From a virus, in IMG/VR virus record IMGVR_UViG_3300032116_000108, positions 16,133-80,132 of that record: 64,000 nucleotides of DNA; one strand, written 5' to 3'. Position numbers and translations under genes: made by a program. This document shows positions 20,392 to 32,500 of the stretch, piece after piece. The notes under the pieces are model-generated. The model worked only from the letters and a program-made list of their open reading frames with translations. It was not told where the DNA came from and did no database searches. The stretch's first letter is position 1. The number at the start of each line of letters is the position of its first letter.

Positions 20392-21774
20392 TTAAGATTC
20401 TTGTTGTTCTTTTTGTTTTTTTCTTTCTAACAGCTCCTTAATTCTGTTCCTATTCTTTTCTTCTTTTTGTTCCTCGTGGCCAAGGAATGTTACACTTTGT
20501 TCTGTATCTATCTCTAACATACCATTGTCAAACTTACAGTTCTCAAATATAATCCCATCTTTACCGATCCTTGATTTTGTGATTGCGATTGTTGCCAAGT
20601 TCATTTCTTTTTGTTGTAATGATTTTGCGACCGTGATAATAACGTGTCCAACTTGTGCCTTTTTAATAGAACCACCCATTTGATCTGTTGTTACAACCTC
20701 TGATGATATTGAATTTCTGTTACCTTGTGTTGCTGTCCATCCCGCAATATCCAACTCGTGACACATTGCTTCAAATCCTCGCATTACCGATCCTTCACTC
20801 TTCCATTCATCACCTAACATCTTGTCTGGTACTACACAATCAATATAATCTAAAATAATCATATCAACTTTTATCCCTTCGGCAATCATTTTTCTAACCT
20901 GATTTTTAATCTGATTCATAGTTACGGTATCAGATGCCAATTTTTTCATAATCAACTTATTTTTTCTTGTTGACTGAATTTCTTTGACTCTCTCAGTTAC
21001 TTCTTTTCTATTTTCAGAAAGGTCGTCGGGGTGTATTCCTGTCCAAAGTGTAAAGTGTTTTCTTTGGATAATTTTTGGGTTGTCTTCAAAAAATATCTGA
21101 AGAACGTTATACCCTAAGTTAAATGCGTGGTTAGCAATCTTTGTTGTGAACGTGGATTTACCAACACCGGTTGGTGCCAAAATAACACCGATTTCACCTT
21201 TAGCTAGACCACCTTTTAATAGGTTGTCAATACCAGGTACTCCAATTGGAATTGGGTGTCTATAATCGTCATCCAATACCTCATCAAGGTTAAAAAATAC
21301 ATCAGTAGTTCCCTTATCTACTTCACCAACTTGAAGTGCTCCCCTTACCATTTCTTCTAACTTATCATAACTCTCGAAATCACCTTTATCGATGATTGAT
21401 TGAGCCTTGGTCATTACTTTTTGGAGTTCTTGTTGTTTACAGAATTTAAGGGACTTTTCTTGAACAAAGATTGAGCCTTCGTCTGAGACGTTCTTAACCT
21501 GATCTAATGTGTCTAAAACGCTCTTTTGAGCCATCGGTGAACTAATTTCTGACTTAGTCAATTGTTCAAGGGTATCAAATGTCGGTGTATGCTCATATTT
21601 TGAATAATATTCTTTGATCATTTGACAAATAATCTTGAAATATTGGTTATCAAAATAATGAGGATCAATAACTTCAATTATGGAATTAGAGAAATCTTTG
21701 TAAGTAATTATGTTATTTAGTAATTGAATTTGAAAAGTATTTCCTAAGTATCCGAAGTTCTTTTTGTCTGACAT
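20392..21774 (-). CDS. dnaB: Replicative DNA helicase (DnaB / T4 gp41-like)
   Basis: Walker A APTGVGKS, Walker B IILDYID, WTATQGNR, KSRIG. Confidence 0.92.
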   Translation of the reverse strand: MSDKKNFGYLGNTFQIQLLNNIITYKDFSNSIIEVIDPHYFDNQYFKIICQMIKEYYSKYEHTPTFDTLEQLTKSEISSPMAQKSVLDTLDQVKNVSDEGSIFVQEKSLKFCKQQELQKVMTKAQSIIDKGDFESYDKLEEMVRGALQVGEVDKGTTDVFFNLDEVLDDDYRHPIPIGVPGIDNLLKGGLAKGEIGVILAPTGVGKSTFTTKIANHAFNLGYNVLQIFFEDNPKIIQRKHFTLWTGIHPDDLSENRKEVTERVKEIQSTRKNKLIMKKLASDTVTMNQIKNQVRKMIAEGIKVDMIILDYIDCVVPDKMLGDEWKSEGSVMRGFEAMCHELDIAGWTATQGNRNSISSEVVTTDQMGGSIKKAQVGHVIITVAKSLQQKEMNLATIAITKSRIGKDGIIFENCKFDNGMLEIDTEQSVTFLGHEEQKEEKNRNRIKELLERKKQKEQQES

Positions 21775-21812
21775 ATTGTATAGATTTTTGTTCCTTGTTT
21801 TAATAAATATAG

Positions 21813-22265
21813 TTAAGCGAACGAATAATTAAGGTACTGATAAGATAAATTTTTCTCTGATAAAATGTCAGTTAACTCTCTTAAAATGTTTTTTATGTCT
21901 GGGCGTATATCCAGTGTATATCTTACCTTTGGCGGGTATAGTTTCGCGTCAATAATTCTATGACAAATTGTCTTGTTTCCAACCTTTAAGATTATGTTAA
22001 ATATCTCAGGTCCATCTGTGTTTGATGTTTCTAAAACGTTTGGGTCCTCTTCAATCTGGTATCTATTGTCTAACATATATACCATACACTTGTTTCTCAA
22101 TTTTGTTTGAAGTGACTCAGATAGATACTTAATGTACTCATATAATTCAACTGAACTTTCAGCCTTTTCATGATATCCTTTTACATTAAAAAATCTTTGT
22201 ACCACAAAATTGTTGTTAAGTGTAATCAGAAACTCAACCTTTGTTACATCATTCTGCTCTTTCAT
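21813..22265 (-). CDS. Hypothetical protein in replication operon
   Basis: 150-aa ORF between exonuclease and helicase; no family recognised. Confidence 0.6.
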   Translation of the reverse strand: MKEQNDVTKVEFLITLNNNFVVQRFFNVKGYHEKAESSVELYEYIKYLSESLQTKLRNKCMVYMLDNRYQIEEDPNVLETSNTDGPEIFNIILKVGNKTICHRIIDAKLYPPKVRYTLDIRPDIKNILRELTDILSEKNLSYQYLNYSFA

Positions 22266-22269
22266 AATT

Positions 22270-23277
22270 TTACTTTTTTGTTTTAAACTTTGTTTTTTCT
22301 TTTCTTGTTAACTTTAAAAATGGTTTTAAAAAATATACCCACTGATCGTCACCTTTTGGTAGGTATTTAAATAATCCGTCGTCCATCATCATCCGAATTA
22401 GATTCTTATATCCTCTTCCGTCAGGATCCAATGACTCAGAGTAATAAGCTTGTACTAATTCTTTTCCTTCTTCACTAATTAGTGGTTCCGATAAATCCAC
22501 AATCTTTTTATTGATTTCAAAAAACTCGTCACCAAATATACCTTCTTTTGTTTTACCCGTCAGTAAATTTTTTAAAGCGGTATTATCTTTTTGTTCTTTT
22601 AGAAGTTCTTCACCTCTTGTTAAAATATCGGTAAAAGAAACTTCTCTTTCAAGTAGCTCAGGAAATAATTTAACAATAGTCTTCTCACCTAAGTAGTATA
22701 TTCCATCTATATTATCTGATTTGTCACCAGATATTATCTTAAATGTTTTTACGTTATAGTGTGGAATTTCTATTTCGTGTAGTTTGATCTTATCTCCGTT
22801 CTTATAATACTTTTTGGTGTTAGGTGAATAGATTGTAACATCTTCAGAGATAAGTTGTGTGAGGTCTCTATCTCCACTGAAAATTGTTTTATCTTCGTCT
22901 TTTGAAATTTTGCAATAATATGCGATGAGGTCATCGGCTTCAGAGTTTTCAAATTCAACTTGTCTAACAAACATTTCTTCCAAGTATTCTTTTACTCTTT
23001 GTTTTTGTTTGTTAAATGATTGCTCTTTAAAATCTTCTGTAACCCCTTTTCGGTTAAGTTTGTATTTTGGGTAGATTAACCTTCTTTGTGAAGTACTTGT
23101 TTCTCCGTCCCAAAATACAACAACCTTGTTGAAGTTTTCGTCTTCTATGAACCTACGTAATGTGTTAAGGAAATGCCAAATACCTCCTACGTGCTCCGTA
23201 CCGTTAAAGTAATCTTTAACTCCGTGAAATCCAATTTTTAATAAATTATTCCCGTCTACTAATAGGGTTTTTGTCAT
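22270..23277 (-). CDS. 5'-3' exonuclease / flap endonuclease (PolA N-terminal, T4 RNase H-like)
   Basis: LLVDGNNL, YPKYKLNR, EADDLIA, SGDRDLTQL, GDKSDNIDG. Confidence 0.93.
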   Translation of the reverse strand: MTKTLLVDGNNLLKIGFHGVKDYFNGTEHVGGIWHFLNTLRRFIEDENFNKVVVFWDGETSTSQRRLIYPKYKLNRKGVTEDFKEQSFNKQKQRVKEYLEEMFVRQVEFENSEADDLIAYYCKISKDEDKTIFSGDRDLTQLISEDVTIYSPNTKKYYKNGDKIKLHEIEIPHYNVKTFKIISGDKSDNIDGIYYLGEKTIVKLFPELLEREVSFTDILTRGEELLKEQKDNTALKNLLTGKTKEGIFGDEFFEINKKIVDLSEPLISEEGKELVQAYYSESLDPDGRGYKNLIRMMMDDGLFKYLPKGDDQWVYFLKPFLKLTRKEKTKFKTKK

Positions 23278-23297
23278 TTCTGTAAATTACAGGGTTC

Positions 23298-24305
23298 TTA
23301 CTCAACTTCTTCTTTTTCTGCCTTTAAATCAAAGTCACCATCAACACCGATGATTTCTTTCCAATACTCAGCATATTCTTTTTTGTATTGTTCGATGGAT
23401 GCCTTTTCTTCAGACGCTTCTTTACCTGGTAAAAATCCATGTGGTGTTACAATTATTTTACCGTCCTCGAATCCAAGACCGTTGATGTGGTTTTTCATTA
23501 CGGACACTTTTGTTCTTGATGCAAACTTAACAGTTCTTTTGTCTTTAGTTGCGGTAATCTTTGTTGTTCCTGCACCTTTTTGATTTCCAAATAAGAAAAC
23601 TAAAGATGAGTTTAACCAAATTGCTTCACCACCTTTCGCCTTAATTTTTGGTTGACCAAATGGATTGTCAGGTAATTCTACCCAAGGCTGATTAACAATA
23701 ATCAAAGTGTTTTCATATTTTGAATCCGCTTTACGAGACCCTGAAATACGTTGGTTGATTCCCATTCCAATCTTGTCGGCTAAAACACTTGCATTGTGTT
23801 GTTTACCACCCTTACCTTCATAAGTCATCTTACATGGTACAGATCCAACAGAATCCCACATAATACATAGTGAATAGTCTAAATCGCCCTTTTCTTGTGC
23901 GTCTAACAAATCATTAATATAATCCGTAATTTGTTCAATGTAATCAAAGTTATTATTAAAGATATAAAAACCATCCCACTCTAATTCACCCGTTTCAGTA
24001 TCAACAACCTCATCACATTCAAACCCCATTAGTTTAGCATGTTCAAAGGACCATTTTTGTTCCGTAATAATGAACACAGGAAGTACACCTTTCTTTTGTG
24101 CGTCAACTGCCGTTTTAACTAAGGCGGTTGTTTTACCTGTATCACTATGACCTAAAAACATATTGATGTGTCCCATCGCAGGTCCCGGTAATCCAACAGC
24201 ATCTAAGAATGGTTCACCTAAATCAAAGAATCTTTGTGGTTTATATTTTGCTGACGTAGAAAACTTTTTCTTTAATGAACTAAAATCATTCTTTTTAATT
24301 GCCAT
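23298..24305 (-). CDS. recA: RecA/UvsX-like recombinase
   Basis: Walker A GHSDTGKT, WDSVGS, IIVNQ, GGEA, KNHI. Confidence 0.9.
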   Translation of the reverse strand: MAIKKNDFSSLKKKFSTSAKYKPQRFFDLGEPFLDAVGLPGPAMGHINMFLGHSDTGKTTALVKTAVDAQKKGVLPVFIITEQKWSFEHAKLMGFECDEVVDTETGELEWDGFYIFNNNFDYIEQITDYINDLLDAQEKGDLDYSLCIMWDSVGSVPCKMTYEGKGGKQHNASVLADKIGMGINQRISGSRKADSKYENTLIIVNQPWVELPDNPFGQPKIKAKGGEAIWLNSSLVFLFGNQKGAGTTKITATKDKRTVKFASRTKVSVMKNHINGLGFEDGKIIVTPHGFLPGKEASEEKASIEQYKKEYAEYWKEIIGVDGDFDLKAEKEEVE

Positions 24306-24588
24306 TTTCTTCTTTTTGTTCGTTTAATATTTTTAACATGTCTTCAGTGATTTCAAACTTCTCATCTCTTTTGACATTATACTTGTAAACTGTTTCTAAC
24401 ATTTCAAGTTTATCTTTTGCGTTTGTCATTTTTTCAACAAACTTATCCATTTCTTCTAAGTGTTGTGGGTGTTCTCCAATACCAACGGAATTATTGAAAT
24501 AAATTAAAAGTGTTGCTTCGGCTTCAGCCATTTCTGACCTATATTTCAAGGTCAGGGCTTCATACATTTTTTGTGATATCTTATTCAT
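24295..24588 (-). CDS. Small helical phage hypothetical protein (GIGEHP motif)
   Basis: 97 aa; YFNNSVGIGEHPQHLEEMDK. Confidence 0.6.
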   Translation of the reverse strand: MNKISQKMYEALTLKYRSEMAEAEATLLIYFNNSVGIGEHPQHLEEMDKFVEKMTNAKDKLEMLETVYKYNVKRDEKFEITEDMLKILNEQKEENGN

Positions 24589-24600
24589 GTTTTAATAAAA

Positions 24601-25455
24601 TTAAAATGGTAATTCTTCTGATGGTTCATCATCCGCTTGTGGATCAACAATTGGTGTTTCTACTTTTGTTTCAGTTCCTCCACCAAGAGAAATTTCAGCC
24701 TCTTCTCCGTAAACATATTTTTTAAGTTCAGAACTCCACATTGGAGTCTCTCCTACTGCCACCGCTTCTAAATACTCAACAGGTTTTTTAGAGTAAACAT
24801 CTTTCCAAGTAAGTTCATCTACTAACCATCCGTCCATGATTTCTTTATCTGTGTGTACAGGTGCCGGATCATCATACATAATTGTTTGAACAACTGTGTA
24901 TTCTTTTCCTTGTGGTGTTTTTGCTTTGATCAATTCAATAATCAAATCACGTCCTTTTTCAGAATCAGTTAAATCACCTTTTGCTTTCCAAATAGGTAAG
25001 ATTTTATCTAACACACCTTCCTGTTTATAGTTGTGTTTGAATCTCCAAAACTTAACTCCGTCTTGTTCGTTATCACGATCAATAACTTTTACGATGTAGA
25101 ATAAACGTGAACGGTATTGAGATGCCAAATCTTTATCTTCTTTTTTCCCTGTGGAGATAAGTTCATTATAAACTTCCGTTAGTGGTGATCTTTCGTTGTC
25201 GTTTTTTTCAGGGTCATACAACTTAACCCATTGTCCATTAACTTGAATTTCGTGATACCAAACTTCTACGAATGGTGAAGAACCATCTTTTGTTGGTAGG
25301 ATACGAATTCTTCGTTGTGCAGATTTTTCGTTCTTTTGAAGAACGGCAGAAAAATACCTTTTCAATCTGTCTTCTTGTGAAATGTTTTGTTTTTGTGAAC
25401 TCGGTGTTGAGTTCTTTTCGTACTGTGCAAGTACTGCATCAATTGAATTTGCCAT
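24601..25455 (-). CDS. ssb: Single-stranded DNA-binding protein (T4 gp32-like)
   Basis: RIRILP, EVWYH, YIVKVIDR, GRDLII and acidic C-terminus DDEPSEELPF; upstream of recA. Confidence 0.8.
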   Translation of the reverse strand: MANSIDAVLAQYEKNSTPSSQKQNISQEDRLKRYFSAVLQKNEKSAQRRIRILPTKDGSSPFVEVWYHEIQVNGQWVKLYDPEKNDNERSPLTEVYNELISTGKKEDKDLASQYRSRLFYIVKVIDRDNEQDGVKFWRFKHNYKQEGVLDKILPIWKAKGDLTDSEKGRDLIIELIKAKTPQGKEYTVVQTIMYDDPAPVHTDKEIMDGWLVDELTWKDVYSKKPVEYLEAVAVGETPMWSSELKKYVYGEEAEISLGGGTETKVETPIVDPQADDEPSEELPF

Positions 25456-25492
25456 AGATTTTGTTTTTAATTTTTAACTCTTTTATCTATAA

Positions 25493-25523
25493 CAATTATA
25501 AGTGAATTTGGTAGAATGTCAAA
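25493..25523 (-). promoter_or_regulatory. Early/middle promoter for the ssb-recA operon
   Basis: Minus strand TTGACA(25522-17)-N16-TATAAT(25500-495). Confidence 0.7.
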
Positions 25524-25524
25524 T

Positions 25525-25549
25525 AAAAAAGGGACCTTTTGGGTCCCTT
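25525..25549 (-). terminator. Intrinsic terminator
   Basis: AAGGGACC-CAAAA-GGTCCCTTTTTT on the minus strand, just after the 25556 stop. Confidence 0.85.
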
Positions 25550-25555
25550 ATATTT

Positions 25556-26248
25556 TTACATTTCTTCTTCATCATCATAAATATTGAAGGTTTTTTTAAT
25601 TTCTCCTGGTGAGAAATTTTCAACTTCGTCAGATGTTAAAATATATTCATTTTTTCCTGACTTTTCCATATCTACTTTTTTATCATCAAAAAAATCGGTT
25701 AGTTTTTGATTATATGGGTAAGAGTCTAAAGATCTTAACATTAGTTTTTCTTCAGGTGTTTTATCTCTATATCTATCAAATTTTTTCTCTAAGTTTTCAA
25801 TTTTACTTAAAATTTGATCCATGCTTTGTAATTTAGATTGCAATTCGTCCAATTTAGAAATCATGTCGTCCATAAACCCATCCTGTTTATCTTTAATTTC
25901 TTGTTGTGTTGTAACTAAATCAGTGATGTCAATTTCTTCAGATTCCTCTTCACCCCCTTCAGCACCTTCGGTTTCAGCACCTACTTCTTCAACATCAGGA
26001 TCGTTTGCAACATCTACAGGTTCAGGCACTTCAGTCCCTCCTGTTGGTGGTGCACCTGCGTCTCCACCAGGTGCCGGTGCCCCTGCATCTGCAGGTGGTG
26101 GCACATCACCAATAGGACCCTCTTCTCCACCTGGAGGTGCTGCAGGATCTGCCGGTGGTTCAGCCGGTGGTTCTTGTTCATTAAGAATATATCTGTTTAT
26201 ATTTTTAATTCTTTGTATTTCTTGTAAAATCTTTTTATCTACACTCAT
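25556..26248 (-). CDS. Pro/Ala/Gly/Glu-rich coiled-coil protein, possibly head core/scaffold-like
   Basis: Probable start MSVDKK (26248); leader ending ILNEQE, about 85-aa acidic low-complexity tract, then heptad-like region. Confidence 0.55.
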   Translation of the reverse strand: MSVDKKILQEIQRIKNINRYILNEQEPPAEPPADPAAPPGGEEGPIGDVPPPADAGAPAPGGDAGAPPTGGTEVPEPVDVANDPDVEEVGAETEGAEGGEEESEEIDITDLVTTQQEIKDKQDGFMDDMISKLDELQSKLQSMDQILSKIENLEKKFDRYRDKTPEEKLMLRSLDSYPYNQKLTDFFDDKKVDMEKSGKNEYILTSDEVENFSPGEIKKTFNIYDDEEEM

Positions 26249-26258
26249 TTTAATATTT

Positions 26259-26486
26259 TTAACCATTCAATAATGTTTTCACACCTGTTGGTGTTTCTAC
26301 CTTTAATGTTCTATTTGTTTTAAGAGTATTGTCTACCCTCTCTATTAAACCATCTTTCATTCTAATGGTATAACAATCACCAGTATCCAAATCACAAACT
26401 TGTTTGTGGTCAGCATCTATTTGTTTTTCAGATAATCTAGTATCTTTTTTCAAATAATCATCTAATAAATTTTTAATATTGCTCAT
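26259..26486 (-). CDS. Hypothetical protein
   Basis: 75 aa, VCDLDTGDCY; preceded by the TATTTAT motif. Confidence 0.65.
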   Translation of the reverse strand: MSNIKNLLDDYLKKDTRLSEKQIDADHKQVCDLDTGDCYTIRMKDGLIERVDNTLKTNRTLKVETPTGVKTLLNG

Positions 26487-26516
26487 AGTTTTTTTTATTA
26501 TAAATATATCGTTATT

Positions 26517-29500
26517 TTAAAATTTATCTATACATATAGACGCAAGAGAAAATAAGTAGGTTGCATATTCAGGTGTTATTTCCGCCGATACAATTTTTTG
26601 TCTATAAAAATCAAATATATCTTGTCCTGTTCTTGTCCCTGTAAATAAAAACTTTGTGTCATATGCAAATAAAAGTGCGGAGATTGCGGTAGAATACGCA
26701 TCTTTATCACTTAAAGATGGGTTAGTTGTTTTTGCTGAATTTTTAATTGCTTCTATTATTGGCGCTGTGGATCCTAAAATACCATTTATTGTTTCTAACC
26801 CTCCATCTACATCATCAAAACTAAATAAGGGAACCGCTCCTTCAGGAAAACTAACACAAGTTAATTTAGATAATGCCGGGTTAGTTACATATAAATTGTT
26901 TGCAGATAAAAGAAATAAATTATTATTAATACATGAGACAATACCGTCATTTGTTAGTGTTGTTGCTTCAGCAGCACTTATTGGTTTATTATCAAATAAG
27001 TTTGTCGGCCTAGACATTAATAATAATAAAATTAATGCGTCAACATATTTTTCAGGTTGTTTATTTTTAATTTTCAACACTAATTCACCTATCGATATTG
27101 TGGTTATTGTATTATTAACATATGGTAATGTTTTATAATCATTAATTACTAATTTATCACACTCCTCCTCTGGTGAGGTTTTTGGTTCGTTACTTTGTTT
27201 TGATGGGTCTAAAATTGTTTCAACATCTTCTTGATATCTATTTTCATTATTTTCTTTTAAAATTTCTTTTTTGTATTTTTCTAAGTAATTTTTCTTAATA
27301 AATGTTGATATACTATCAACATCGGGTAGCGCATATTTAGGTATTCTAACACCATTAAATTTTGTTTCAAATGATGATTCATTAATTGTGTGTGTTACTT
27401 CTAAAATTTGATATGGTCCATAAAATAATGGAATATGTCTTAAATTAAAATACATTAATGGTTGTATCATCGCATTACCCATACTAGTAACATCTATATT
27501 ATAACTTAATGATTTATAATAAGAGTACATTGATTGTGTCTCTTGAGCGACTTTGTCTCCTGAAGATCCGCCAGCAAGTCTTTCATTAACCTTGAATGTG
27601 ACTGCGGTTTGTTTACCTCCACCCATACCAACTGAAAACTTTTTAAACATGTTTTGATTTCTTATACCAAAATCAACATTAAAAGCAACAACTTTATTTG
27701 TTTTATAAAAATTAGTTTCGGGTGTTTGTGGTATACTTATTGGGCAATCTGCTGGATTTCTTATATCGAATGAATCATCACCATAAACAACATTTCTGTT
27801 ATCATTCAATTGTGGATGTTCTGATGTTTTTCCAACATATAAAAATATAAATTTTTGTCTTGAATCTAAGTAATTAACGTTTCTAAAAGTTCCAAAAAGA
27901 CTATTTGGTATATCAATGTCTGTTGGTTTATTATAGTTTTCAGCATCTAAAACTCCATTAAAATTTATAAATGATGGTGTTGCGTAAAATAATGTAGTTC
28001 TATCTTCATCTAGTATGTGACCTATTACATCTGAAATGGTCATATTTTTTTCCATTTTCAAATATTTTGTAACATCTTCAAGAAAAAATTGTAATTGATC
28101 ACCAATATCTGCGTTAGCGGTGTTCATAAAAAGAAAATCTTCAAATAATGGTCTTGTTAATAAATCACTTCCAGCAGTCCATCTATTATTGAAAGTTTGT
28201 AGTTGTATGTATGTTGATAGTTTATTAATGTCTCCATTTACGTTTCCTTGATTACTATTTGTTTGTAAACTAACTCCTGGTATTTTATCTCTCATATATT
28301 GAAACACTTGGTTTGTGAGATTTTTTTGTGTGTCTAAATTTTCTTGTAACAGGTTATCTATGTATGAAATGAAGTTTGTTTTGTTATAGCTATTACCATT
28401 AGAAATTGCATAAAACTTTTGTAATGAATATCTTTTTATTAATTCCTCACATGTTTCTACATTTTCTTTTGTAAAATCAATATTCATATCTATAAAAAAG
28501 TCTGTAATTGTACTGCCAGTATTATTATATGAGATATAATCAGCATTACCAAAACCATTATAATTATGTAATTGTAAAGACTTCCAAGCATCTACATTTT
28601 TTTGACTCAAAGTTCTACTTGTTAAAAGAGCATTTGGTCCTGTTAAAATACCATCACCAGGTAACGTACCTGGTACATATGGGTCAAATGTTATAGGTGA
28701 TAAATTTTTTAATTCAGGTATAGTTGTTAAACTTGTAAATAATTTTCTGTTAAAATTTAATGGATTACCATTTTTAAAAATAATAGGATTTTCTATCAAA
28801 AATTCCCTGAAAGTATTCGCATTATTTTTTTTCTGTGTGGTTGCTAAACTTAGTCCATCATTATTTTCTTGTATTTTTGTTAGTGGTGATGATGCATCAT
28901 TTACTGAAAAAATAGATAACATTTGATCAAATAATTTTCTATTTTTTAATGAAGTTATACCACCTGAAGAAAAATAAGATGGGTCTTGTACATCATCTTC
29001 TAAAATTAAAACGTCTTTTGGTTCTGGATTTCTTTTACAAAAACCTAAAAATAATTCTTCAAATTTATCCAATATTTCTTTTCTAAATGATTTAAAATAA
29101 TAAAATAAACCATTACCTTCAAAAAGATCTTGGTATGGACTAAGATAAATATTATTTTCTAATATGTTTGATGTTTTTGAAAAATATCCATAGTTTGGTT
29201 GTCCCCATAATGTTCTAACAGAACCATTAAACAATTCCTTACTACTTAAAATTTCATAAGTTAATTTATCATTTTTAAAAAATTCAAATTTTGCTTGGTT
29301 TAATGGTATACCTCCGTTTGACGGTATTAAAATGTGAATCTTATTTTGCGCATCTATATTGTATTTCTTATCAAATGTAAGATATGAAAAATATGGATTT
29401 AAAATAATACTTCTTTTTAAGTTATTAGGGTCTCCACCAAAAGGCATAAAGTATGATGCATCTTTATTTACTCCAATATTTAAAGTACCAGCAGTGTACG

Positions 29501-32500
29501 CATTTGTGAATTCACTTTCAGTATAACCTGTAAATAAATCTTTACCAGTAAAATAGTAATGTACATCTGAAATAAGTTTTGGATAAAATCCTGTATTAAT
29601 AATATCAACATATTTAGTATTATCATTTGCGTCTATTTTTTTATACTGACAAATAAAATCTTGTGACCCTCCTGTATAATTTTTTATTTTATATATTTTT
29701 TCTAAATTTTGTGATAATGGATCATAATTTTTTGTAAAATCAAAATCATTAATGACACCATCTAAAATATCTTCTCCTGTCTCTATATATTTTTTATATC
29801 TATGATAAAATGATCCAATTTTTAAAATTTGTGAGTATTCATATTCATCTAATTTAGATATAATGTTATCGGAAAATATAACATCAGTATAGTTAAAATC
29901 TTTGTCGTAAGTATAATAATATGATAAAGGACTACCATATGAGTTTAAGTACATATATCCTAACGCAACATAAGCGGTTGTAGTGTTTCCTGATTTTTCT
30001 AATTCGACTCCTTTCTGTAACGCATTTACAAAATATGGTGTATTAATATTACTATTTATTTGTGTACTTGAAACATTTCCTGAATAGTTTGGTATGTCTC
30101 TATAGGTTTTTTCTGTAAAATTTAAGTTTTCTACTCCTTTTGAAAGATAATCTTTAAGTTCTATTAAATTATTTATTGGGTTATTTGTTGTTGGGTTTAC
30201 TAAGATATCTTTTTTACTGTTATTTACTATATAATCCATTCTATCATATGGTAAAATATTTGTATAATAATCATTTTTTTTAAGTCTTGCTAAAACTTTA
30301 ATATCATCTAAAAATGTTAATGACTTTTCATTAATAGTTGATTTAGATAAAAAATCGTCTTGCGCGTAATCAAGTTGTTTTGTTTCTTCAACATACTGTT
30401 TAAATTTCGGCGCTAAAGGATCATTATTTTCTAAAGCCAAGGTATACCCATCAATACTTTTTTTACTATATAATCCAAAACTATTTTCTGTTAAATTTTG
30501 TAAATAAGGTGTATTAAAAATACCTCTTTCTAAATTTAACCAATGATCTGCGGTTCCATTATTTGCTAATGTTTTTAAATAATTAAAAGCGTTTTCATAG
30601 TTAAAATTTGTATTTTTTAATTTCTCTTGTACTGTAAAGTTTTCAGTTATTGCATTAATTATATTTTGTCCCTCTAAATGTGAAACAAAGGTATCCGCCT
30701 GTAGACTCTGTGGGTTAAATTGTTTTGCCAATATATTACTATAATTTGATAAAACGTATAACCTTTCATATAACTCATACATTACACTTAATTCGGTAGT
30801 ACTATTATATGGTTTGTTATTAAACGGAAATTCAAGAGCGTTTACTGTTGTAAAATTTTGTAAATTTTGTAAATTTTGATATACGTTTTGTTGCGACGAA
30901 CTTGCTCTTCTTACTGTAGCATCTAAAAAGTTTTCAGTAAAATGTACTTCAGGCCATGTTGCATAATCAAATGCAAATGTTTTAGAAGCATATTTAGGAT
31001 CCCCCAAATATCTAACAACAAAACTTTCCCTTCCATCTTGTAGTTTTTCTTGAACATAATATGTTGGCCAAGGATATACAACATTTTGTTCGTTTAATTT
31101 TCCTGTTGAGTAGTTTACAACATTTTTAGAATCAATTCCTGAAGATTTTTCAGCAGGTATTACGCTTTTTATTCTTAAAGGATCGTTTCTTTTATCCCAA
31201 GCCAATCTATGGGTTCTATCCATTAATCTATAAAATGTATCACATCCGGCAATTATTATTGCCATAATATTTCTAATGGTTGGTTTAAAACCTAATGTTC
31301 CGTCTACCTTTGTTACCCTATCTGATAATTCATTAGAAAATTTTGTTTCAATTTCTTGTTCTTTTGCGGTTAACTGTTGTTGGTAATTATTAATTCTATC
31401 TAAAAATCCACCAGGAAAAAGTGTTTGACTATTTGGGTCAGTGATTCCAAATTTCATATAGGTCGGTTCAGTACTTATTGGTTGGTTTGTTGTTGGGTCT
31501 AGTCTTGTTTCTGCGTTTTGTAAAACCAAAAATAATTGTACTTTAAAATCCGTTAGTTCCGCTTGGTCGGGTGTTCTACCATATCTAATTGTATATGTGT
31601 TAATAAAGTCTTTATCACTTAATTTATCTGGTGTTATTTTTACAAATAACTCGTCTTCAGAAAAAGACACAGGTATTTCAGATGGAAAACTCTTACCACC
31701 TATTGTGTAGAAACCACCAATACCGAAAGTTTTATTTTTTTGTAGTATTTCGACACTATTTTTTATTTCATTTTTTATAGCAGTTTCAATCTCATTTCTT
31801 TTTTCTAAAGGAATGGTTTGTTTAAAATCATAGTAAATTTGAGGTCCCTTACCATCATCATAAGATATATAATTAGTAGTGTCTAAATACCTACTTAATA
31901 AAACTGTATAATTTCTATCTTTAATTTCATTTAATTCTTCCCTAAAAGATTTAATATCATTTAGCGCAATAAAGTCTTTTTTTTCAATACTTTGTTTTAT
32001 TGAAGTTACAAAATCGTCAGTATTTTTTATAAATTGGTCTATTGTTAATCTTGGAAATCCTGGTGAAATTAACTTTTTATTTTCATATTCTTGATATACT
32101 TGATTTAAAATTTGTCTACCTAAATAATCTACGTCTAAATTTTTTATAGAAGTATTAGAACCTCCAGGTGCATTGTTAGATGTTCCTCCTTTTGCAACAA
32201 TTATTGGAAACATTTTAGGTGCTGTTTTAGCATATGTAAGAGATGTGTCTTGTAAAAGTGAAACTAAATTTGATGTTAGTTTTATGTCTATATCAAAACT
32301 AGCCGTATCATCATTAAATTTAGCCGTAAAATCTGTCATGAACAAAGTGTATCTAATTGCCTTACCATAAAACCCTTTTACTGTTAAATAAAATTGTGGA
32401 TAAGGTAAATTAAAAAATGTAGAATATATTGAATTTTCTCCTTGCTCAAATAAAGTCTTACCCCCAACATCTGTTAATGCTATTTTAACATCAGGTACAT

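Noticed and set aside
25821-26273. 150-aa plus-strand ORF and the many other short antisense or nested ORFs in the track
   Set aside because: They are shadows of real genes on the opposite strand or frame, with no motifs, start context or operon logic.
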